Of a stretch of DNA of 64,000 nucleotides, positions 56,723 through 64,000 are shown piece after piece. Origin of the DNA: Fibrobacteria bacterium (GTDB lineage Bacteria; Fibrobacterota; Fibrobacteria; UBA11236; JADFYW01); NCBI GenBank assembly GCA_050294405.1, contig JBNKOC010000001.1, forward strand, positions 32,001 through 96,000, read 5' to 3'. Within the stretch, counting starts at the first letter, position 1; each line of letters opens with the position of its first letter. The position numbers were made by a program, and so were the translations under genes. Under the pieces are notes generated by a model. That model was given only the letters and a program-made list of their open reading frames with translations, made no database searches and was not told the DNA's origin.

Positions 56723-58387
56723 ATGTATGCCATTCGCGATGCGTATGCATCGGGTCTTTTTGCCAAAAAACACTGGGTCCCTAATATTGTTTCAGGAATA
56801 ATAGTAGGCATTGTGGCCTTGCCCTTAGCCATGGCTTTTGCCATAGCATCGGGGGTAAAGCCGGAGCAGGGCATTTACACCGCTATCTTTGCCGGGGTTA
56901 TTGTATCGCTATTCGGGGGAAGCCGTTTTCAAATTGCAGGTCCCACAGGGGCCTTTGTGGTTTTGCTTTCGGGCATTTCTTCCAAATACGGGGTGGAAGG
57001 ATTGCAAACGGCGAGCTTTATGGCTGGAGTAATGCTTCTAATTTTCGGCTTGGTCAAGATGGGGAGGATTATCAAATTCATTCCCGCTCCCGTGGTGGTT
57101 GGTTTTACTGCGGGAATTGCCGTGATTATTTGGGTGGGGCAGTGGAAATATTTTTTTGGTCTTAATGCAGCCAAAGCCCATACCTTTCACGAAAGTTTTT
57201 GGAATTTAATAATGGCCTTCCCGGGGTTACACCTTCCCACTACTCTTCTGGCTTGTTTATCCCTCGCCATCGTTATTTTCACGCCTAAAATTCCAAAGCT
57301 GTGTAAAATACCTTCTCCGGTACTGGCTCTGCTTGCTGTCTCCGCTTTGCAATCCATTTTCCAATTTGAAGGGGTTGCTACTATCGGAACTGCATTTGGC
57401 GGAATTCCAAGGGGGATGCCGAACTTCCATGTTCCGGATTTTACACCGAGGCGTTTAATCGAACTAATGGGACCGGCTTTTACCATCGCCATGTTGGGAA
57501 GCATCGAGTCTCTTTTGTCCGCGGTGGTTGCTGATAATATGACCAAGACACGCCACAATTCTAATCAGGAGTTGGTGGGGCAGGGGCTCGCCAACATACT
57601 GATTCCTTTTTTTGGCGGCTTTGCCGCTACTGGAGCCATTGCCCGCACAGCCACCAACATTCGCAATGGAGCCACGGGGCCGCTTTCAGGAGTGGTGCAT
57701 AGCCTTTGTTTAATATTGATTCTAATTTTTTTGGCGCCTCTGGCCGTGAATATTCCCCTTTGTGTTCTCGCGGCTATCCTGTTCATGGTTGCTTGGAACA
57801 TGTCTGAGCGTAAGCAATTTATAAAAATGCTAAAAAGAGCCCCTAGGGCCGACGTAGGAATTTTGCTGGTGACTTTTGGACTCACAATTTTTACTGATTT
57901 GGTGGTGTCCGTTAACATCGGGGTTATTATCGCCACCTTGCATTTTTTAAATCGCATGGCCTCTAGTGTGGAGCTCCGCCACTTTAAAAACGAAGAACTC
58001 AACCGAGAGTACCCTGAATTTATTCATTGCCCCATTCCTCCGGGAGTGCAAATTTTTGCGGCGGAAGGTCCTATTTTTTTTGGAGCCGTGGAAAATTTTG
58101 AAAAGGCTATTTCGGAATTGAGAGAATCTCCTTCTCTCATTATCTTTCGTTTGAGATGGGTTCCATTTATGGATATAACCGGCCTGCAAGCGCTGGAAGA
58201 ATTTATATTGGACTTAAAAAGAAAGAACATCGGATTTGTTTTATCGGGAGCAAATGGAAGGGTTTATCAAAAGTTGAAAAATGCCGGAATTATCAAATTG
58301 ATTGGTCGGAAAAATTACTTTAGCGAATTTTCCAATGCTTACCTCAAAGTTACAAAACAACTGCAAGCCGTCGAACCCCAGGTATAA
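56723..58387 (+). CDS. SulP family inorganic anion transporter with C-terminal STAS domain
   Basis: VALPLAMAFAIASG, GPTGAF, ESLLSAVVAD, NQELVGQG, GAIARTATN, FMDITG. Confidence 0.95.
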   Translation: MYAIRDAYASGLFAKKHWVPNIVSGIIVGIVALPLAMAFAIASGVKPEQGIYTAIFAGVIVSLFGGSRFQIAGPTGAFVVLLSGISSKYGVEGLQTASFMAGVMLLIFGLVKMGRIIKFIPAPVVVGFTAGIAVIIWVGQWKYFFGLNAAKAHTFHESFWNLIMAFPGLHLPTTLLACLSLAIVIFTPKIPKLCKIPSPVLALLAVSALQSIFQFEGVATIGTAFGGIPRGMPNFHVPDFTPRRLIELMGPAFTIAMLGSIESLLSAVVADNMTKTRHNSNQELVGQGLANILIPFFGGFAATGAIARTATNIRNGATGPLSGVVHSLCLILILIFLAPLAVNIPLCVLAAILFMVAWNMSERKQFIKMLKRAPRADVGILLVTFGLTIFTDLVVSVNIGVIIATLHFLNRMASSVELRHFKNEELNREYPEFIHCPIPPGVQIFAAEGPIFFGAVENFEKAISELRESPSLIIFRLRWVPFMDITGLQALEEFILDLKRKNIGFVLSGANGRVYQKLKNAGIIKLIGRKNYFSEFSNAYLKVTKQLQAVEPQV

Positions 58388-58414
58388 ATTTTTATCCTAT
58401 GTTTACATCTTCCC

Positions 58415-59125
58415 ATGAGAATTAATCAGTACCTGGCACGTTGTGGAGTGGGGTCCCGGCGCTCTGTAGAGGCGGATATCCTGGAAGGCCTGGTACAAGT
58501 AAACGGTGAAATAATAACATCCCTTGGATACAAAGTAGGTCCGGGGGATAAAGTGGTATTTAAGGGCAAAGTTTTAAAGCTCCCTCAGGAAAGCACAGTA
58601 GTTGCTTTTCACAAGCCTCCAAAATGTTTGTGTTCCAATTTTGATCCGCAGGGCCGCACTACTATTTACCATTACTTGCCCCCCGAATGGAGAAATTTGC
58701 ACTATGTAGGCAGGTTGGACTATGCCAGCCGCGGGATTTTACTTTTGACAGACGATGGCAACTTGTCGCGAGATCTTACTTTGCCAAAAAACCAGGTGGA
58801 GCGGCTGTATGAGGCAAAATTAAGTCGTTCTTTAAAGCCACATGAAATTGGGCAAATCAAAAATGGGGTGGAAATTTTTCCGGGATTTTTGGCTAAACCC
58901 AAATACCTGCGCCACAAGGACAATTACCTGCAAATATGTCTTACGGAAGGCAAAAATAGAGAAATTAGAAGAATTTTAGAATTTTTTGATGTTGAAGTTA
59001 TGGATTTACTCCGTTTGGAATACGCAGGAGTGCAAGTTCATGGCATAGCCGAAGGAAAAATACGAAAATTAAAGGAGTTGGAAATAAATGAAATGAAATC
59101 GAAAATAAATCCGATATCTAAATAA
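58415..59125 (+). CDS. RsuA/RluB family rRNA pseudouridine synthase
   Basis: S4 domain MRINQYLA..G.GSRR; VGRLD; EGKNREIRR. Confidence 0.92.
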   Translation: MRINQYLARCGVGSRRSVEADILEGLVQVNGEIITSLGYKVGPGDKVVFKGKVLKLPQESTVVAFHKPPKCLCSNFDPQGRTTIYHYLPPEWRNLHYVGRLDYASRGILLLTDDGNLSRDLTLPKNQVERLYEAKLSRSLKPHEIGQIKNGVEIFPGFLAKPKYLRHKDNYLQICLTEGKNREIRRILEFFDVEVMDLLRLEYAGVQVHGIAEGKIRKLKELEINEMKSKINPISK

Positions 59126-59141
59126 ATCGGATGAGGTTTTT

Positions 59142-60524
59142 GTGTTTTTTAAGAGTCGGCTCTATACATATTTAATTTTTAGCCAGTTGCTTCTGGCTTT
59201 TGCTGCAGCCAAACCGCGAATACCCGGGTTATTACAAATCCCTAATGGAGATATTCTGCCTCACGGGCAATTTCACATTTCCAGCCGCACCAATGTATTT
59301 AATGTTATGGGAGCGGATTCCAGCAGCAGCTACAAATTTCCCATAGCCGGATCTGCCTTAATTGGTCTGGGGGACCGAGCCCAGGTGGGTGTGGAATACG
59401 GCAATCAGGTAAGCCTTTCTTTCAAGACCTATTTGTACGAGGCTTCCGCTGACGATTTTATTCCCGATGTTGTAGTGGGTGCCCGTTCTATTTACGGCAC
59501 TCAAGAGGGTTGGCTACGTGGTATTGAAGACAAGGACAGCTCCCGCAGCCTTAGAAACGAAGCCTATGTTGCCATAAGCGCCAATCTTGGAAAGTCCACC
59601 CGTATACATGGAGGAGCCAGCGCCATGTCCGCAGGGCCCAGTAATTTTCCCGAAGGTTTTTTCGGGGCCGAACAATTCTTAGGGGGCGGAGTTTATTTAA
59701 GCTATGATTTTTTCCAGCGTTTCGAAGCCTTGCACCACAGTTTAAGCCTTGTATACAAGTTTGAAGAATTCTTTAGTTTTTCCCTGGGCTTCAACGAATT
59801 TCAATCCTGGATATATCAGGATAAGAAATGGGGCTTCTATACTCAAGGCCCCGAAAATACAGTTAATGGCTATCAGGCTCCCGGTATCAGTGTGGCCATA
59901 AGTCTTGGCGGATGGGCCATTAGAGGGCATCGCAAAACCGATAAGGAAAAAATTTCGGAACTTCAAAAGGAGCAGGTGGATTTAAAAGACGATGTACTCA
60001 GCATGCAAAAAGAGGTGGAAAAACTAAAGGGGCAACTGGTAGCTCTGGGGGCGAAAAACTCCAACTCCTTTAAGTTAGAAAACGATCAAATTGTGGATTA
60101 TCTGGATATTATCAAAAGGAAAATCAATTCTGATGTACCCTACGATCCCACTGAAATTGAAATGTTGCGCAATAAAATTTTAAAATTGGGCGGTAGTTCA
60201 AAAAATATTTTAAAGAAAATTGTAACCAATCCCACTTCCGATGCAGAACATCGAGCCCAAATCTGTATTATTATGGCCATGAGTAACGATGGCGATTTTA
60301 CCGAACCCCTTTTAAAGGCCACAGCGGATCCCGAACCCAGAGTAAGGCGGGAAGCTATTATTTCTCTGGGAAAAATGAAACTCCATGTGGCCCTTGAGTT
60401 TGCGGAAACTCTTCTGGAAGACCCCGATGAAACGGTGGCTATGGCGGCTAAAGCGGCTATTAAAATGATAAGGTCTTCTAATGGAGAGGTGATGAAGGAA
60501 AAAGGCCCTCCCGAAGTTCCATAG
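59142..60524 (+). CDS. Exported protein: YjbH-like beta-barrel + coiled coil + HEAT repeats
   Basis: Signal peptide, GLLQIPNGDIL start, amphipathic strands, heptad region KISELQKEQ..., DPEPRVRREAIISLG / DPDETVAMAA. Confidence 0.6.
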   Translation: MFFKSRLYTYLIFSQLLLAFAAAKPRIPGLLQIPNGDILPHGQFHISSRTNVFNVMGADSSSSYKFPIAGSALIGLGDRAQVGVEYGNQVSLSFKTYLYEASADDFIPDVVVGARSIYGTQEGWLRGIEDKDSSRSLRNEAYVAISANLGKSTRIHGGASAMSAGPSNFPEGFFGAEQFLGGGVYLSYDFFQRFEALHHSLSLVYKFEEFFSFSLGFNEFQSWIYQDKKWGFYTQGPENTVNGYQAPGISVAISLGGWAIRGHRKTDKEKISELQKEQVDLKDDVLSMQKEVEKLKGQLVALGAKNSNSFKLENDQIVDYLDIIKRKINSDVPYDPTEIEMLRNKILKLGGSSKNILKKIVTNPTSDAEHRAQICIIMAMSNDGDFTEPLLKATADPEPRVRREAIISLGKMKLHVALEFAETLLEDPDETVAMAAKAAIKMIRSSNGEVMKEKGPPEVP

Positions 60525-60618
60525 AAAAATCCCAAGAGCGAGTGCGTCGTCGCCGCAGATTCTCCCAAATTTTTACTAATTTAGCCTCGGCCATTTAAAA
60601 ACTGTTGGCCATTTTTTT

Positions 60619-61734
60619 ATGAAGTTATCTCTATTTGATTTTGAAGTTCCCGAGGAGCTAGTGGCATTAGAGCCGCTTCCCCGTGGAGATTCCCGTATGT
60701 TAGTGGCCAAAAAATTAAAAAGTCTGGCTATGCCCGAAACCTTGGAAAGTCAAAGCCTGGCAGACGATTTAAATGCAGCTTCACTGGACAACGGGGCCTC
60801 CCAAAATTTTTTGCACCAGCACAGCCGCCAATTTCATGAACACTTAAATCCAGGCGATGTATTGGTATTAAATAATACCCGGGTCATTCCGGCCAGGCTA
60901 CGAGGCCGTTCTGAAAATGGGGCGGAGGTGGAAATTCTTTTAGTCAGAAGAGATTATTCCACTAGCGAATATGCCTGGAGCGCCATGGTAAAACCGGGAC
61001 CTAAATTTAAGCCAGGTCGCAGGTTTTATTTTGGAGAAGAATTGGAAGCCGAGGTTTTATCCATTACAGAAGGGGGCCACCGGGTTCTTAAATTTAATCT
61101 GGATACAGATAAAAAACTTTTAGATGCCCTTAACAAGTATGGCGAAGTTCCGTTACCACCCTATATAAATCGCAAACTCAAACCGGAAGATTTGGAAAAT
61201 TACCAAAGTGTTTTCGCCCAACATGAGGGAAGTGTGGCTGCTCCCACCGCCAGTTTACATTTAAGTCACGAGCAGCTGGATGTTATTAAAAAGAAAGCGG
61301 TGCGTATTTGTTATGTTACGCTCCATGTGGGTCCGGGAACATTTATGCCAATTCAAAGCGAAGAAATTGAAAACCACCCCATGCATGAAGAATGGTTCGA
61401 ATTTAGGCAGGATTGTGCGGATGCGATTTCGGAGGCCAAGGCGAAGGGTGGTAAAATTTGGGCCGTGGGAACCACCGTAGCCAGGGTTTTGGAAACGGTT
61501 GCCGAAGAGGATGTCTTGGCAGAAAAAACCGCTTTTACCCGAAAATACATTTACCCTGGTTACCAATGGAAGCTGGTGGATGGGCTCCTCACCAATTTTC
61601 ATTGGCCCAAATCCAGCCTTTTTGTGCTAGTGAGTAGTCTTTTGGGGGTTAATGGAGCACAAAAAGCCTATTTGGAGGCGATAAATCAACGATATCGCTT
61701 CTTTAGTTATGGGGATTCCATGTTGATTTATTAA
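60619..61734 (+). CDS. queA: S-adenosylmethionine:tRNA ribosyltransferase-isomerase
   Basis: VLNNTRVIPARL, PLPPYI, GSVAAPTA.LH, TLHVGPGTF, AVGTT, TNFH.PKS, YRFFSYGD. Confidence 0.96.
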   Translation: MKLSLFDFEVPEELVALEPLPRGDSRMLVAKKLKSLAMPETLESQSLADDLNAASLDNGASQNFLHQHSRQFHEHLNPGDVLVLNNTRVIPARLRGRSENGAEVEILLVRRDYSTSEYAWSAMVKPGPKFKPGRRFYFGEELEAEVLSITEGGHRVLKFNLDTDKKLLDALNKYGEVPLPPYINRKLKPEDLENYQSVFAQHEGSVAAPTASLHLSHEQLDVIKKKAVRICYVTLHVGPGTFMPIQSEEIENHPMHEEWFEFRQDCADAISEAKAKGGKIWAVGTTVARVLETVAEEDVLAEKTAFTRKYIYPGYQWKLVDGLLTNFHWPKSSLFVLVSSLLGVNGAQKAYLEAINQRYRFFSYGDSMLIY

Positions 61735-61735
61735 A

Positions 61736-62755
61736 TTGAGCAATCCTATGAGTAATAGCAATGCAAGTTTAAATTATGTGGCCACTTTGGAAAAAGTCCG
61801 CCAAAGTGTGCAGCCGATATTGGACAGAAGTTCAGAAATTATGTTACAGGTGGGTAGGGAGGCTCCAGGAACCCTGTCTCAATACATGACAGAAATTGTA
61901 TCCCGTAAGGGAAAGCGAATGCGGGCAAGCTTTGTGGGGCTTATTAGTTATTCCGGAACTCAAGAACCGCTGGAAAGAGCAGCTCTTAGTGCTTCGGCCA
62001 TTGAAATGCTTCATTTAGCCACCCTAATACACGATGATATTATTGATGATAGCGATATCCGCAGAAATGAGTCCAGCGCCCATAAAAAGTGGGGTACACG
62101 GGTTGCGGTTTTGGTGGGCGACTATGCTTTATCCAAAGCTTTGGAACTTATTATCGATGATGAAGACAGACGGATTCCCAGTTCCATAAGCAGGGCGGCC
62201 TCCAGGTTGGTGGCAGGAGAAGTCTTGGAAATCGATTATTCGGGTAAATTCAATCTGACATTAAATCAATATCTTGAGGTGATTTACGGCAAAACCGCTT
62301 CTCTTTGGGAAAGCTGTGGAGAATGTGGCGCGGTGCTGGCAGGTTATGACCCAGAAATGGTGCATGGTTGGGCTTCTGTGGGAAAAGAGTTGGGTCTTGC
62401 GTTCCAGATAGTGGACGATTTGTTGGACTTTGGCATTGGCGCACAAAATTTGGGAAAAGGCACCAAAAACGATTTGCATAATGGTTTAACCACTTTACCA
62501 CTCATTTATTTTTTCCAGGAAGCAGCGGAGTCAAAAATTTCACAAATGCAGGAATATTTGTCCTCGCCTTTAATGGACACTGAAATCCCCAAAATTGTGG
62601 AATTGCTGCAAGAAGAAGGTTGTTTTCAAATGGCCAAGGATTTTGCCCAGCAAAAAATCAATCAATCCATTTCGTTTATGAGCAATTTGCCCAAATCCGA
62701 GAATACGGAAAACCTCATTGAGCTTTGCGAATTAATGGGTTCACGTTCTGCGTAG
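61736..62755 (+). CDS. Polyprenyl diphosphate synthase
   Basis: GKRMR, LIHDDIIDDSDIRR, KTA, FQIVDDLLD; start may be the ATG at 61748. Confidence 0.93.
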   Translation: MSNPMSNSNASLNYVATLEKVRQSVQPILDRSSEIMLQVGREAPGTLSQYMTEIVSRKGKRMRASFVGLISYSGTQEPLERAALSASAIEMLHLATLIHDDIIDDSDIRRNESSAHKKWGTRVAVLVGDYALSKALELIIDDEDRRIPSSISRAASRLVAGEVLEIDYSGKFNLTLNQYLEVIYGKTASLWESCGECGAVLAGYDPEMVHGWASVGKELGLAFQIVDDLLDFGIGAQNLGKGTKNDLHNGLTTLPLIYFFQEAAESKISQMQEYLSSPLMDTEIPKIVELLQEEGCFQMAKDFAQQKINQSISFMSNLPKSENTENLIELCELMGSRSA

Positions 62756-62870
62756 AGCAGAGTTTTAATAAAAAATAAGCTACAATATTTGCAAAAAAAT
62801 ATATTGCAACACTTTTTTTCAGTTTTTTGTTATTATTAACTCATAATTCAAAGCCATAGGTCAATTTATA

Positions 62871-63626
62871 TTGCTTTTTAAAAAGCCATATCCATATTTA
62901 GCTGTTTTTGTTTTTTCATTAAGTTTTTTTTCAAATATTAATTCTGAGGAAAACGAACCTGTTTTTAAAATGGGTTCTGTGGTGGAAAACAACAGCCCAA
63001 CCCTGGAGCTGGTGACCAGCATATTTGATTTAGCTTTCCAAAGGGCCGGAGCTAAATTTGAGTTTGTGGGCTGCACTCCTGTTAACTGTACCAAATATTT
63101 GAAAAATGGTTTAATTGATTCTGAGATGTCCCGTATTAAGGAATATAAAGAATTGTATCCAGAATTAATCAGAGTTGAGGAACCTCTTGCCGGCATTCCC
63201 ATTGGGGCCTATTCATTTGGGGATTTAAATCCGGTTAACAGCCGACAGGATGTCAAAGACTTTAAGGGAAATGTTTATTACCAGTCGGGAGTGGTTTATT
63301 CTCAATATCATTTTAAGGATAATAAATTACAGCCTTATAATAATCTTGTACATGGAATTTCTTTATTAAAAGCAGACTCCAATTCCATTTTGATTTCTCC
63401 AAAAATTGGAATTATGGTTATGAGAAATCAGCACCCCAATGTAACCCATGGCCTGAAAGAGTTAGGCGTTATCGAGATGCTGGAAACCTATAGTTATTTT
63501 TCTCCTAAGCACAAAGAATTTGTTCCCAAATTTGAAAAAGCCCTTAAAAGTCTGAAGGAAGACGGAACCTTGGAAAATTTAATGGCGGCCTTCAGGAAAA
63601 AAATGGCAAATACTATTCGCCCCTAG
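62871..63626 (+). CDS. Periplasmic substrate-binding protein (family 3-like)
   Basis: Signal peptide, LIRVEEPL, C-terminal FEKALKSLKEDGTL. Confidence 0.7.
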   Translation: MLFKKPYPYLAVFVFSLSFFSNINSEENEPVFKMGSVVENNSPTLELVTSIFDLAFQRAGAKFEFVGCTPVNCTKYLKNGLIDSEMSRIKEYKELYPELIRVEEPLAGIPIGAYSFGDLNPVNSRQDVKDFKGNVYYQSGVVYSQYHFKDNKLQPYNNLVHGISLLKADSNSILISPKIGIMVMRNQHPNVTHGLKELGVIEMLETYSYFSPKHKEFVPKFEKALKSLKEDGTLENLMAAFRKKMANTIRP

Positions 63627-63681
63627 ATGGCCGTAATCCTTTAATTTTTACCAGCTCATGGCTGGTAATTATATTTAATCC

Positions 63682-64000
63682 ATGCCCCTATTGGCTTCTA
63701 ATTATGCAGCCCCAGCTTTGCTGTCTAATGGGGATTTAAATACGCTTTATGCGGCTTTGTTACGAAAGAAAGCAGCCACTAATTATCATAGAGAAAAACT
63801 CGCAACCGCAGATAGCGATTTCTTATACTGTGATTGGCTGGAAACCGGCAATTCTAAACTAGCTATCCTATCCCACGGCCTGGAGGGACACAGTGACAGA
63901 AGATACATCAAAGGCATGGCAAAGGCCTTGAATAAAGCTGGCTGGGATATAGCCGCCTGGAATTTCAGGTTCTGCGCGGGCGGACCAAATTTAAAGTTGC
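63682..64000 (+). CDS. YheT-family alpha/beta hydrolase, N-terminal part (runs off the window; absent from the ORF track)
   Basis: My translation: MPLLASNYAAPALLSNGDLNTLYAALLR...YHREKL...DFL.CDW...ILSHGLEGHSDRRYIKGM...WNFRFC. Confidence 0.88.
   Translation, partial: MPLLASNYAAPALLSNGDLNTLYAALLRKKAATNYHREKLATADSDFLYCDWLETGNSKLAILSHGLEGHSDRRYIKGMAKALNKAGWDIAAWNFRFCAGGPNLKL

Noticed and set aside
60525..60618. Possible preQ1 riboswitch upstream of queA (AAAAACTG tail, GGCCA/TGGCC hairpin)
   Set aside because: No P1 stem with the conserved loop ahead of the A-rich tail
1..64000. Prophage, transposase, integrase, tRNA, rRNA, CRISPR or defence genes
   Set aside because: No ORF or repeat pattern supporting any of these was recognised

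Overview
A compact, AT-rich chromosomal segment (roughly 40% GC by eye) from a diderm bacterium. The lineage may be Fibrobacterota or a relative; this is inferred from secreted proteins with T9SS/FlgD-like C-terminal domains, cohesin/dockerin modules, flgM and pilTC, and is not proven. About 63 CDSs, most of them housekeeping or envelope genes: cysM, pssA, a two-component system, nadD, bamD, cpoB, lptFG, tadA, def, rsmG, dcd, prfC, leuCD, pilTC, flgM, queA. There is also a small SRP RNA (ffs) with a shortened apical helix. No transposase, phage, rRNA, tRNA or CRISPR array was seen. The most interesting part is an accessory block at about 41.5-52.7 kb. (i) An operon encoding a CxxxxCH/CxxCH multiheme cytochrome, a CxC-tailed DUF4266-like lipoprotein and a DUF3570-like outer-membrane barrel sits head-to-head with a secreted protein whose mature N-terminus looks like a copper histidine brace (LPMO-like). 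(ii) A propeptide-less matrixin metalloprotease carries two cohesins and a dockerin. It is preceded by a small secreted partner gene and followed by a dockerin-bearing His/Met-rich protein, suggesting a non-cellulosomal cohesin-dockerin complex. Smaller oddities include an unannotated structured element next to ffs, a probably frameshifted lipoprotein gene, a pseudo-receiver protein, a histone H1-like/SWIB fusion and a recurrent TATAT(T/C)T promoter-like motif. All family calls come from motif recognition by eye; no database searches were run.
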